Source of the DNA: Candidatus Omnitrophota bacterium
GTDB taxonomy: Bacteria > Omnitrophota > Gorgyraeia > 2-01-FULL-45-10
NCBI GenBank assembly: GCA_026387175.1
Contig: JAPLME010000006.1
Coordinates: forward strand, 172,078-236,077
Direction of reading: 5' to 3'
Length of the DNA: 64,000 bases
Under the pieces are notes generated by a model that searched no databases, had not been told where the DNA came from, and saw nothing but the letters and a program-made list of their open reading frames with translations. The first letter of the stretch is position 1. Each line of letters begins with the position of its first letter. This document shows positions 19,276-28,931 of this stretch, one piece after another. The position numbers were made by a program, and so were the translations under genes.

Positions 19276-19827
19276 TTATTTATTTTTTACGATCTTTACA
19301 GAAGCCGGACGCAGAAGCTTACCGTTAAGCCTATAGCCCGGCTTTAATTCGTCAACTATAATACCGTCCTCCTTATCGGGAGCTTCGACGGTTTCGATGG
19401 GTTCGTGCACATGAGGGTCGAACTTCTCCCCCACGGTCTTTATCCGCTCCAACCCTATATCTTTCAGAAAACCCTGTATCTGCAACTGTATCATATCGAC
19501 ACCGTCCTGCACCGCCTTAAAATCCTTTGCTTCCTTTATATGTTTTTCCGCTATCTCCAGATTATCTATTATCGGCAAGAGATCTAGGATAAAACCTTCG
19601 TTCGCATATTTGACGAAATCGATCTTGTCCTTTTCCAGGCGCTTCCGCACATTCTCAAATTCGGCATGGGCCCTTATATATTTATCGTTAAAGGCATCGC
19701 ACTCCCCGGACTTCGCCTTTAGCGCCTCATATTCTTTCCTGGTAATAGTAACAAGCTCGTCTCCTTGCGGAGATGGCTGCGTGTTTTTATCATCTTTACC
19801 CTTACAACCGTTTTTATTATTCGGCAC
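19276..19827 (-). CDS. grpE: Nucleotide exchange factor GrpE
   Basis: [39 protein letters not shown]. Confidence 0.95.
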   Translation of the reverse strand: MPNNKNGCKGKDDKNTQPSPQGDELVTITRKEYEALKAKSGECDAFNDKYIRAHAEFENVRKRLEKDKIDFVKYANEGFILDLLPIIDNLEIAEKHIKEAKDFKAVQDGVDMIQLQIQGFLKDIGLERIKTVGEKFDPHVHEPIETVEAPDKEDGIIVDELKPGYRLNGKLLRPASVKIVKNK

Positions 19828-19832
19828 AGTCT

Positions 19833-20582
19833 CTATATCTCCATCTCATTGAATATGTCCGTCACCGCATCCGCCAGGAACTCGACCATCGGGATCACCT
19901 TTTCGTATACCATTCTCTTGGGACCGATGACTCCCAGCCTTCCGGATGCTTTACCTTTCACTTTATAGCTCTTCGTCACGATACTGCAGTCGCTTAAGGA
20001 ATTCGAAAAATTCTCTTTACCTATATGTATAGTGACGCCGTCCGTTTCAAAATCATGCTTCAATAGATCCAACAGCTCACTTTTATGTTCGAGGTATTTG
20101 AGTAAAGCGTATAGCTTTCGCAGGTCCTGGAACTCCGGCTGCTCTATTATATGGCTTGTGCCGTCGAGATACAGTTTATCATACTGCGAAGAAAGCGTTA
20201 ACCCGACATAATTCGTGACATTGGATATCATGTAAGACGTGCGTTCCAGGACATCTTCGATCGAGCGGGCCGCTGTGCCATACTGATCTTTCATGGAGCG
20301 CTTCGCCTCCAGCATGTTGACATTCTTTACATGCATCAGCAATTCGATATAGTAACGATAGCCTCTATCGGTCGGCGAGCGGCCGGCGGAGGTATGCGGC
20401 TGCATTATGTAACCCAGGTCCTCAAGGTCCGCCATCACATTGCGTATGGTGGCGCTCGAGAGGTCAAGCTTCCGCGAGATATAGCGCGACCCCACCGGCT
20501 CCGCCGTCTCGACGTAGCGGCGCACTATCATCTCCAGAACTTCCTGCTGCCTCTTATTCAATTCCCTGATCATGTTATGCAC
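19833..20582 (-). CDS. hrcA: Heat-inducible repressor HrcA (short form); true start may be ATG 20573
   Basis: EPVGSR, SSATIRNVMADLE, QPHTSAGR, GYRYY, LGVIGPKRM; CIRCE upstream. Confidence 0.93.
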   Translation of the reverse strand: MHNMIRELNKRQQEVLEMIVRRYVETAEPVGSRYISRKLDLSSATIRNVMADLEDLGYIMQPHTSAGRSPTDRGYRYYIELLMHVKNVNMLEAKRSMKDQYGTAARSIEDVLERTSYMISNVTNYVGLTLSSQYDKLYLDGTSHIIEQPEFQDLRKLYALLKYLEHKSELLDLLKHDFETDGVTIHIGKENFSNSLSDCSIVTKSYKVKGKASGRLGVIGPKRMVYEKVIPMVEFLADAVTDIFNEMEI

Positions 20583-20592
20583 CTCATAAGCA

Positions 20593-20619
20593 TTAGCACT
20601 CTACACCAATGAGTGCTAA
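20593..20619. promoter_or_regulatory. CIRCE element (HrcA operator)
   Basis: Perfect TTAGCACTC-N9-GAGTGCTAA. Confidence 0.97.
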
Positions 20620-20626
20620 ATGTCAA
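20598..20626 (-). promoter_or_regulatory. sigma70 promoter of the hrcA-grpE-dnaK-dnaJ operon
   Basis: TTGACA (20626-20621), 17 nt, TAGAGT (20603-20598), overlapping CIRCE. Confidence 0.75.
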
Positions 20627-21875
20627 GGGGATTTTCCGGAAATTCTTTACCCAGGAGCTCTTTCAGGCGCAGGGGGACCTCGGCCTCTATCAGGAGCTCA
20701 TCGCCCACATACTCTTGTTTCCTGATGAAACCGTTTTCGTGAATCAGGTTGAGCGTCTTGGCATCGCCGGCGGAGATCTTGATATTGATAAGGGCGGTCA
20801 GGCCCTTCATATGCTGAAGAATTTTCGAGATGAAACCATCAAATCCTTCCTTTTTCAACGCCGATATCAAGACTGGAGCATCAAAATGCTTTTTGAGGCG
20901 TTCGATCACCGCATTATCCGCTACCTTGTCTATCTTATTAAGAACGGTGATCATAGGTTTATCGATCGCTTTTATCTCTTTCAATACATCATAGACTGCC
21001 TCGGCCTGTTCCAGGGCCTTTGGATGGCTCGAATCGACAATATGCAATATAAGGTCCGCTTCGGTCACCTCTTCGAGCGTAGCCTTGAAGGCCTCGATAA
21101 GATGGTGCGGGAGTTCTTTTATGAAACCGACCGTATCGATAAAGAGCACCTTCTGGTTATTAGGCATGATAAATTTTCTTACGGTCGGGTCCAGTGTGGC
21201 AAATAATTTATCCCGGACGACAACATCGGAACCTGTCAGCGCATTAAGAAGGGTCGACTTCCCGACATTGGTATAACCCACTATGGCGACAGTAAGCAGC
21301 GAATGCCGCGAGCGCTTCGTCCGCATCATATCTCGCCTCTTCCCGAGGCCCTCCAGGTCCTTTGTAAGTTTAGAGACCCTGGCTTTTATTTTGCGGCGAT
21401 CCACTTCGAGCTTCTGTTCGCCCGGCCCGCTCGTACCTATCCCTCCTCCGAGCCTCGACATCTCGATTCCCTTACCCATAAGACGCGGCAGCATATATTT
21501 AAGCTGCGCGAGCTCCACCTGCAGCTTGCCTTCATTGGAATGCGCGCGGCGCGCGAATATATCCAGGATAAGCTGCGTCCTGTCGATCGTCTTTACGCCT
21601 ATTACCTCCTCGAGGTTCTTCTGCTGTGAAGCGGTGAGGTCATTATTGAATATCACGACATCTATGTCCTCGGAGAGACATATCCCGGCCAGCTCTTCGG
21701 CCTTGCCGCTGCCTATAAAGGACGCGGGGCTCGGCTCGTGCCTGTGGACTATCTCCCGACGCACAACCTTGGCGAGCGCCGAAGCTGCCAGTTCGGCGAG
21801 CTCAGCCGAGCGCTCCTCCGCGCTCCATACATCCCGCTTACCGAAATCGACCGTCACCAGGACCGCGCGCTCCAT
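20616..21875 (-). CDS. hflX: GTPase HflX
   Basis: DRTQLILDIFARRA, GPGEQKLEVDRR, GYTNVGKST, LFATLDPT, DTVGFI, NKID. Confidence 0.97.
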   Translation of the reverse strand: MERAVLVTVDFGKRDVWSAEERSAELAELAASALAKVVRREIVHRHEPSPASFIGSGKAEELAGICLSEDIDVVIFNNDLTASQQKNLEEVIGVKTIDRTQLILDIFARRAHSNEGKLQVELAQLKYMLPRLMGKGIEMSRLGGGIGTSGPGEQKLEVDRRKIKARVSKLTKDLEGLGKRRDMMRTKRSRHSLLTVAIVGYTNVGKSTLLNALTGSDVVVRDKLFATLDPTVRKFIMPNNQKVLFIDTVGFIKELPHHLIEAFKATLEEVTEADLILHIVDSSHPKALEQAEAVYDVLKEIKAIDKPMITVLNKIDKVADNAVIERLKKHFDAPVLISALKKEGFDGFISKILQHMKGLTALINIKISAGDAKTLNLIHENGFIRKQEYVGDELLIEAEVPLRLKELLGKEFPENPLDI

Positions 21876-21876
21876 A

Positions 21877-22803
21877 TCATCGCACCTCTTTCATTATCTT
21901 ATTTACTATCTTTGCCCCGGTATTCCGGGTGATGTCGTACCATTTTATTCTCTTGTCCGGACGAAACCAGGTGAGCTGGCGCTTGGCGAAACGCCGGGTA
22001 TTCATCTTGACCAGACCCTTTGCGTATTCCAGGTCATACTCGCCGTCCAGATAATCCGCTATCTCCTTAAATCCCAGAACTTCCCTGGCCGTCTTCGACA
22101 TTCTCTTCCTGGCCAGCCTCTTTGCTTCAACCACGGCTCCGAAGGCAAACATCTCATCGACACGGGAATCTATACGGGAATATATTTTTTCTCTTGGGGC
22201 GATGAGGCCGAATATCCGTATATCATAAAGGTCCTTTAATCCTCTGGTCGTCGACTTCAGCTCCGTCATCGTCCGGCCGGTCGACTCAAATATCTCAAGC
22301 GCCCTTATTATGCGCCGGACGTCATTAGGATGAATCTTCCCGGAGGATATCGAATCTATCTTCGCAAGCCGCTCATGCAGTTTTTTGGATCCATGGCGGG
22401 AGACGAAGGCCTGCATTCTTTTTCTGAATTTCATATCGGCCTCCGGACTCAAGAAGAGGCCGTCCACCAGGGCCTTCACGTAAAGACCGCTTCCTCCGGC
22501 GACTATCGGGATCCTTTTTCTATTTATAATGGCTTCGATTAACGGCATGGCCCTTTTTATAAATACGGCCGCGCTGTATTCTTTTTTTGGATCGAGGATA
22601 CCTACCAGATGATGTTTCACCAGCGCCCTCTCTTTCTTCGACGGCGACTGGCTTAATATACGCATACCCCTGTAAACCTGCATCGAGTCACAGGAGATTA
22701 TCTCTCCGTGGATTTTTTTTGCGAGAACCACCGCAAGGCGGGTCTTACCTATAGCAGTGGGACCGACTATGAACAATACGCATTTCCTGCGGGGCTTATT
22801 CAT
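21877..22803 (-). CDS. miaA: tRNA dimethylallyltransferase
   Basis: GPTAIGKT, DSMQVY, GGSGLY, TRRFAKRQLTW; start set at the TAATG overlap (22803). Confidence 0.96.
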   Translation of the reverse strand: MNKPRRKCVLFIVGPTAIGKTRLAVVLAKKIHGEIISCDSMQVYRGMRILSQSPSKKERALVKHHLVGILDPKKEYSAAVFIKRAMPLIEAIINRKRIPIVAGGSGLYVKALVDGLFLSPEADMKFRKRMQAFVSRHGSKKLHERLAKIDSISSGKIHPNDVRRIIRALEIFESTGRTMTELKSTTRGLKDLYDIRIFGLIAPREKIYSRIDSRVDEMFAFGAVVEAKRLARKRMSKTAREVLGFKEIADYLDGEYDLEYAKGLVKMNTRRFAKRQLTWFRPDKRIKWYDITRNTGAKIVNKIMKEVR

Positions 22804-23660
22804 TAATCGCACGTGTCATCAGTGCAGAGGCTGGTACGGTAACCATCCGACTCCAGCTTAGAGGCCATCCTGGAAGCTTCATCTTTCGAGGCGAATTTCC
22901 CTACTTTAACTCTATAGAATTTGTCGCTTGAGAAGACAGGTATTGTCACGTAACTTTCATAGCCGCGGGCGGAGAGCCTCTTGACCAGCTTATCCGCGTT
23001 CCTCTTATTCTTGAAAGACCCTACCTGCACGGAGTGTATGCCCGGGCCGCTATACGGTGAAGGGGCTTTTCTGGCCCGTCTGCCTAACATTGGTTCTTGT
23101 GCAGTCGGGCAGGCCGTTATATTTTGAAGGGGAGAACTTACAGCCGGCGCTGACTTAGCTTCGAAGCTAAGCGGCGCTTTCGTCCTGACCATGGCATGAT
23201 AAGAATCCGCCTTGTCGCGCAGGCCCATTTTGGCATAACACGAACTCAAGCGGCTGTACACTATCGCTATATTCTTATCTGAAGGATAGTTATCAGCTAT
23301 CTCATTGTAAACATTGAGCGCCTTGGTATTATTGCCTTCGAGAAAGTACGAATCACCTACACCGAGGCGCGCGTCAAATACCTTCTTTGACCATGAATAG
23401 TGAGATATTATATAGTTGAAGCTCGCCCTGGCGTCGCTGAATTTATTGGCCTTAAGCTCACTCAGGCCTTTCAGGTAATATAGCTCGTCCTTCCGGCCCG
23501 ATCCGGAGTTTATAAGCTCTTCCGATTCCGATATGACCGAGTTATATTTACCTTCGAGAAAATATTTCTCGACAACGGAGAAGCTTGCCGACGATGCCGC
23601 AAATAGCGGCTGCGCCGTAATAAAAACCGATACAAGAACCGATAATGATACCTTCCTCAT
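22803..23660 (-). CDS. Exported TPR + SPOR domain protein
   Basis: Signal peptide, TPR-like helices, C-terminal VQVGSF...YRVKVGKF SPOR. Confidence 0.85.
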   Translation of the reverse strand: MRKVSLSVLVSVFITAQPLFAASSASFSVVEKYFLEGKYNSVISESEELINSGSGRKDELYYLKGLSELKANKFSDARASFNYIISHYSWSKKVFDARLGVGDSYFLEGNNTKALNVYNEIADNYPSDKNIAIVYSRLSSCYAKMGLRDKADSYHAMVRTKAPLSFEAKSAPAVSSPLQNITACPTAQEPMLGRRARKAPSPYSGPGIHSVQVGSFKNKRNADKLVKRLSARGYESYVTIPVFSSDKFYRVKVGKFASKDEASRMASKLESDGYRTSLCTDDTCD

Positions 23661-24964
23661 CCGGCTATCCTCCCCCTTAGAGCGTAAGGCGTTACGGATT
23701 CGACCTCAATCTCCGCTAATTTTCCCGTCAGAGACACGCTTCCCTTAAAGACGGCCGGCTTATTCGTCCTGGTCCTGCCGATCAAAAAGGCCTTATCCTT
23801 TTTATTGGTTCCCTCTATCAGCACCTCGACTGTCTTATCCACAAGATATCTGTTTCGCTCCCCGGAAATACCGCACTGAAGCCTGCTGATGAATTCCAGG
23901 CGCGAGGCTTTCACCTCCGGAGGCACATCGTCCGGGAGCTTCGACGACTTTGTCCCGGCGCGCGGCGAATATTTAAACGTATAAGCGCTGTCGAAATTTA
24001 TCTCTTTCAGTATATCGCACGTCTTCTTGAAATCGCCGGAGCTCTCGGACGGAAAGCCGACTATCACATCGGTAGTGATACTGCCGCCGGGAACCATTCT
24101 CTTATAATCTTCGGCTAATTTCAAATACTTTTTTGAATTATATTTTCTATTCATAAGCTTCAGGATACGGTCCGAGCCCGACTGTAGCGGCAGATGAAGA
24201 TGCTCGCAGACTTTGTCGAGATCGCGCATGGCCCTGAATAGCTCCGTATGTGCGTCCCTGGGATGGCTCGTCATGAACCGGATGCGTTCTATGTCTTTTA
24301 TCTTGTTTATATCCTTCAGTATATTTATAAAATCTTTACCGCACGCCGCCCTGTAAGAATTGACGTTCTGGCCCAGGAGCAGCACTTCCTTAAACCCGCG
24401 AGCGGCAAGGTCCTTCACTTCCCGAATGATGTCTTTGGCATCGCGCGAACGTTCCCTGCCGCGCACATACGGCACAATACAATATGAGCAGAAATTATTG
24501 CATCCCTCGCCTATCGAAACAAGCGCCTTAAATTTATTCTCGCGGTATTTCGGGAAAGCCTCGGGTTTCTTTTCATTGACCTTGTCGGCGGCTATTATAC
24601 GGCATCTCTTCTTCAATACGTCCTTTATCAATCTCGGCAGGTCCGTCTCGTTGCCGGTTCCGCAGACGATATCTATTAACGGGGACCTGTCTATGGCCTT
24701 CGGCCCGTAAGCCTGGGCCGTGCAGCCCATAAGGGCGATCACAAGCTCAGTATTCTTCTTCTTAAGCTTTTTAAGACAGTCTATATTGTTGAACAGCCTC
24801 TCTTCGGCGTGCTTCCTCACGGAGCAGGAGTTGAATATGATAACTTCGGCAGTATCCATTGAATCGGACAGCCTGAATCCTTTATCAACCAGGATCCCCG
24901 CCACAAACTCCGAATCCCGGGTGTTCATTTGGCATCCAAAGGTTTTAATAAAAATCTTCTTCAT
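23657..24964 (-). CDS. miaB: tRNA-2-methylthio-N6-dimethylallyladenosine synthase
   Basis: TFGCQMN, NSCSVR, CNNFCSYC radical SAM, RFMTSHP, TRAM domain; near miaA. Confidence 0.95.
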   Translation of the reverse strand: MKKIFIKTFGCQMNTRDSEFVAGILVDKGFRLSDSMDTAEVIIFNSCSVRKHAEERLFNNIDCLKKLKKKNTELVIALMGCTAQAYGPKAIDRSPLIDIVCGTGNETDLPRLIKDVLKKRCRIIAADKVNEKKPEAFPKYRENKFKALVSIGEGCNNFCSYCIVPYVRGRERSRDAKDIIREVKDLAARGFKEVLLLGQNVNSYRAACGKDFINILKDINKIKDIERIRFMTSHPRDAHTELFRAMRDLDKVCEHLHLPLQSGSDRILKLMNRKYNSKKYLKLAEDYKRMVPGGSITTDVIVGFPSESSGDFKKTCDILKEINFDSAYTFKYSPRAGTKSSKLPDDVPPEVKASRLEFISRLQCGISGERNRYLVDKTVEVLIEGTNKKDKAFLIGRTRTNKPAVFKGSVSLTGKLAEIEVESVTPYALRGRIAG

Positions 24965-25025
24965 AATTCTCTCAATTCTAACCCGACAAATCTAACCAGG
25001 TTATAAACTTTATAAACTTTTCGCA

Positions 25026-26195
25026 TTATGCTTTTGCGATAAATTTACAGATATAACCGGTGATGATGCCTGTGTATGTTCCAAGTATATTCCCCAGGAC
25101 CGCCATTAAGATCCCCACACATGCCAATGCCGGCTGATATACCGCCGCCACGATCGGCGCGGAAGCCGGGCCTCCGATATTCGCCTGGCTGGCAGTGACT
25201 ACCAGGAACATCGGCGCGCGCACAATCTTCGCGGCCGCGACGAGGATCAAACCGTGCAAAATGATCACGCAAAAACCCGCTCCAATAAGCACTAAAGCAG
25301 CATTTAGATCGCGGATGCAAGCCTTAGCGCCGATAGTAGTAAGCACGAAATATAAAAGCCAGTACCCGACCGCTGTTGAGTTTGATCGCTCAAGTTTTCT
25401 TGCCGGAGTAAGCGATAACAAAACACCCAGGATCGAAGCAAAGATGATCGTCCAGGTATATACCGAGATCATATTCCTGACGGCAGGCATATAATAAGCG
25501 CATATCCTGGAGAGAATAACCCCAGCCACAACGGTAAAAATTATCCATGCGGTCCCTTTTACCGAAAAACTTTTTTTAAGCTCCTCTTGGAGGCTCAAAT
25601 GCTGCTTCAGCTCCTCCATAACATTATTATCAACCTTGAACTTTTTATCGAAAATATTCTGCATCCCGACCGCCGCGATCAAAAACGCCATCCAGACATA
25701 AGGCACGACCGTATCCACGACAAGCATCGGAGCGAACACCTGCTCAGGAGCCCCTAACGCCTCCTTGACCGCTATCATATTAGCGCTGCCTCCGACCCAC
25801 GAGGCGGAAAGCGCGCCAAAACCGCTCCACATCTTGTTACCGACTATGCCTTTAAAGAGATAAAAGACCGAAGGGATCGCGACCATTATGGAGACGCTGC
25901 CGATTAACATCATGAACAGAGCCTTTTTGCCGAGCCGCGAGATCGCCTTAAGGTCGGTGCCAAGCAGAAGGAGAATAAGGCTCCCCGGAAGCACATTAGC
26001 CGCGATGATATTATAAAATGGATTTTCCGTAGTAATGAGGCCAAGCGACGAGAAAAGCATAGGTATCGCATAGATCCAGAAAACCGGCGGGATGAAATGG
26101 AAATATTTCTTGAATCTCCGCATACTGGAAATACACAGAACGCAAAATTCGATGAGAACCAGGATAGCGATGACTGCGTAAGAATTCGTAACCAT
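25026..26195 (-). CDS. DUF819 family membrane protein
   Basis: SWVGGSANM, SQANIGGPASAP, multiple TMs. Confidence 0.85.
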   Translation of the reverse strand: MVTNSYAVIAILVLIEFCVLCISSMRRFKKYFHFIPPVFWIYAIPMLFSSLGLITTENPFYNIIAANVLPGSLILLLLGTDLKAISRLGKKALFMMLIGSVSIMVAIPSVFYLFKGIVGNKMWSGFGALSASWVGGSANMIAVKEALGAPEQVFAPMLVVDTVVPYVWMAFLIAAVGMQNIFDKKFKVDNNVMEELKQHLSLQEELKKSFSVKGTAWIIFTVVAGVILSRICAYYMPAVRNMISVYTWTIIFASILGVLLSLTPARKLERSNSTAVGYWLLYFVLTTIGAKACIRDLNAALVLIGAGFCVIILHGLILVAAAKIVRAPMFLVVTASQANIGGPASAPIVAAVYQPALACVGILMAVLGNILGTYTGIITGYICKFIAKA

Positions 26196-26198
26196 TTT

Positions 26199-27284
26199 TT
26201 AAGGTATTATACCTATCCCGCTTTTTACCCTACTGAGATCATACTCGCCGCTCCTTGAAAGGAATTTATGCTTATGCTTATCCTTCAAAAAGAACGGCGT
26301 ATCCAGATCTACATAATCGATAAACCCCAGGCCGGAAGCGATATGCGCCGAACAGGTCATGGCAAGGGCGCTCTCCATCATACCGCCGATCATAAGGCCG
26401 ATATGATTGGCTCTGGCCAAAAACGCGATCTCTCTTGCCTGCACCAGCCCGCATTTCATCAACTTGATATTGATAACATCGCAGGCCTTCTCTTTGACCG
26501 CCCAAACGGCATCCGCCATATTACTTACGCTTTCATCGGCACAAACCTTTGTCTTGGAAAGGCGGGTTACTTTTTTAAGCCCCTCCCTATCATCTTTGGG
26601 AACCGGTTGTTCGATGAGATCGGGAATGATATTGTATCTTTCAAGTTTTTTAAGGAACTTTAAGGTTTGTCGCGCGCTATAACCCTGGTTAGCGTCTAAA
26701 TACAATTTTGCTTTTTTCGCAATCCTGGCAACCACTATCACCCGTGCTAGGTCAAGATCCATATCACTGCCGATCTTGATCTTGAACGCCCTGAAACCAC
26801 GAAGGTAGAATTCTCTCGTCTTCTTCTCGGCGCTCTCTACTCTATCGATCACGATCGTGATATCGGTACGCAGCTTCACCGGCCTGTCTCCATACAATCG
26901 CCATAAAGGTATATTCAGAGAGCGCGCCAACGCGTCAAAAACCGCCATCTCGATAGCGGCAAGCGCGGCTTTATTATCCGGCAGCTGCCGGTGCAGCGCG
27001 GCCGAAATACTTAAATACTCAGCAACGTTATACCCCAGCAAACTTTGCCCGCACTTCTTAAGGTTCTCTTCCGTTTGCGATAATGTTTCACCGGTGATGT
27101 GCGTTGCCACCGCCGCTTCGCCAAAACCTGTGACACCATTATTGAGCTTGATCTTAAAAAGCAGATTATCCAAGGTATCATGCTGGCCAAACGCCGTGCG
27201 AAAAGGCTGGCTTAAGGGCGCCTTTAGCGGCGCAACTTCATACTGCTTGATCTGCATTCCCTTTTGTGCGGTCATGACTGCCAT
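26199..27284 (-). CDS. Dipeptide epimerase (L-Ala-D/L-Glu epimerase, enolase superfamily)
   Basis: GFGEA, FKIKIG, DANQG, EQP, ADES, NIKLMK, GGMME, DLD; start uncertain (27284/27275/27257). Confidence 0.9.
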   Translation of the reverse strand: MAVMTAQKGMQIKQYEVAPLKAPLSQPFRTAFGQHDTLDNLLFKIKLNNGVTGFGEAAVATHITGETLSQTEENLKKCGQSLLGYNVAEYLSISAALHRQLPDNKAALAAIEMAVFDALARSLNIPLWRLYGDRPVKLRTDITIVIDRVESAEKKTREFYLRGFRAFKIKIGSDMDLDLARVIVVARIAKKAKLYLDANQGYSARQTLKFLKKLERYNIIPDLIEQPVPKDDREGLKKVTRLSKTKVCADESVSNMADAVWAVKEKACDVINIKLMKCGLVQAREIAFLARANHIGLMIGGMMESALAMTCSAHIASGLGFIDYVDLDTPFFLKDKHKHKFLSRSGEYDLSRVKSGIGIIP

Positions 27285-27319
27285 TTCATCCACTTGCCTT
27301 TTTAGTATAGCGCTATAAG

Positions 27320-27682
27320 CTATTTCGTTACCTCTTCGTCTTCCTTGCGCCAGGCAGGGTCGACGATGCATAAAAACACCAGATCCGACTTGCCGGTATT
27401 CCTGATATGCTGTGTAGAGTGCGGCGGAATATAGACGGCGCAGCCGCTACTCACTCTGGAGGCTTCTTTATCCACGTACATCAGACCGCAGCCTTTTAAT
27501 ATGTAATACACTTCCGTCGTCTTAAGAACGTGCGGTCTTGTGTCTTTTCCGGGTTTGACTACCGCGTGCGCCAGGCTATAACGAAATCTGAAGTCGCCTT
27601 TGGCGGGATGCAGCAGCTCGCGTAAGATCGCATTGTCCCTGGAGATAAATTTTTTGCATTTGTTTAAACGTCTTATGATCAT
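27320..27682 (-). CDS. Cupin domain protein
   Basis: HxLxxxEVYYILKG, VYIPP..QHIRNTG, FLCIVDPAW; start set at MIIRRL. Confidence 0.85.
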   Translation of the reverse strand: MIIRRLNKCKKFISRDNAILRELLHPAKGDFRFRYSLAHAVVKPGKDTRPHVLKTTEVYYILKGCGLMYVDKEASRVSSGCAVYIPPHSTQHIRNTGKSDLVFLCIVDPAWRKEDEEVTK

Positions 27683-27690
27683 AAGGTCTT

Positions 27691-28170
27691 TCAATACCAC
27701 TTCTTGCCGGGAAGTTTACTCCATTTTTTAAAAAGCTGGTTTGATTCATCGCGCATAAAACCCGGGATTATCTTAATCTTTGCCTTCCCCAGCTTCTTCA
27801 TTCTGGCGTTGGAGATGGGAAGCTCGTTGAAGCCTATCTTCTTTGCATCGGCAATAGCATTGCCATATACCAGTACGCCGATCCCGGACCAATGGATGGC
27901 GCTAAAACACATCGGACAGGGTTCGGTCGTCGAATAGATCGAGCATCCGGAAAGGTCGAAAGTCTTTAATCTTTTCGATGCCAGCCGTATGGCGTTAACT
28001 TCCGCGTGGCATGTAGCGTCTTTTTTTAATACGGTATTGCGGCTTACGGCTATGACTTTACCGCCCTTAACGATGCAGGCGCCGAACGGCCCTCCCCGCA
28101 TATCGAGAAGATTCTTCCCTGCCTCTTTTAAGGCAAGGCCCATAAGCTCAAGCTCTGGTTTCATTTTCAT
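27691..28170 (-). CDS. Nucleoside/guanine deaminase (cytidine deaminase fold, GuaD-like)
   Basis: GGPFGACIV, HAEVNAIR, EPCPMC. Confidence 0.9.
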   Translation of the reverse strand: MKMKPELELMGLALKEAGKNLLDMRGGPFGACIVKGGKVIAVSRNTVLKKDATCHAEVNAIRLASKRLKTFDLSGCSIYSTTEPCPMCFSAIHWSGIGVLVYGNAIADAKKIGFNELPISNARMKKLGKAKIKIIPGFMRDESNQLFKKWSKLPGKKWY

Positions 28171-28918
28171 TTCGCAATCTTTCCAGTTTAGTCTCTCTAT
28201 GAATCGCAATAACTAGTATTATGCAAATAACTATCGAAGAAGCCACTGTGCCAAAATTAATTCCGCCCTTGCTGGCAGGCTTCGTAAGAAGATCTCCGAA
28301 TGTGGCACCGAACGGCCTTGTCAGAACAAATGCCACCCAGAATAACAATATGTTGGAGATCTTTGTAAAGTAGTGCAACAGGGCGACGATGATGAGTATC
28401 GCGGATATCAAAATCGCGCTATTCATAAAACCAAGTCCCATGTTATCGGCAAAAAAATCTCCCGCTGCTGTTCCCAATGTATTTGCGATTAAAAAAGCCG
28501 CCCAATAAAAGAGCTCGGCCGTAGGCGTAGTGATATATTCTACATTTATCGACTTTTCTTTTTTGTACCAAACTGCGAGAATTATCAATAACATCACCAC
28601 TAAAACAATGGATCCTGATGCATAACCAAGCCCTAATGTGCGATCTATGAAATCGGATATCGCGGTACCTGCTATGGCCGATGCGGTAAAGGTCAGCCAG
28701 TAAACCAATGGATGGTAGCCTTTCAAAGAAAGTTTAATCACAAGCAATGCGAGAAAAAGGCTCATAAATATCGCGATGGTATGCCAATAACCTAAATTAA
28801 GGGTCATGGAAAACATATCCGCTCCGGTTTCCCCTAATGTTGTCGATACTATTTTGATTATCCAATATAGAAAAATAATGTGTGGAACTCTATTTTTTAT
28901 CGTAATATCCATATGCAT
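28148..28918 (-). CDS. COG4705/DUF347 membrane protein
   Basis: WIIKIVSTTLGETGAD, NTLGTAAGD, LTRPFGATFGD repeats. Confidence 0.85.
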   Translation of the reverse strand: MHMDITIKNRVPHIIFLYWIIKIVSTTLGETGADMFSMTLNLGYWHTIAIFMSLFLALLVIKLSLKGYHPLVYWLTFTASAIAGTAISDFIDRTLGLGYASGSIVLVVMLLIILAVWYKKEKSINVEYITTPTAELFYWAAFLIANTLGTAAGDFFADNMGLGFMNSAILISAILIIVALLHYFTKISNILLFWVAFVLTRPFGATFGDLLTKPASKGGINFGTVASSIVICIILVIAIHRETKLERLRNENETRA

Positions 28919-28931
28919 CTCTCTGGGTTTC

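Noticed and set aside
21283-22239. 318-aa plus-strand ORF
   Set aside because: Antisense to hflX and miaA; Ser/Arg-rich shadow.
25001-25018. TTATAAACT x2 upstream of miaB
   Set aside because: Only two AT-rich copies; cannot distinguish an operator from chance or a simple repeat.
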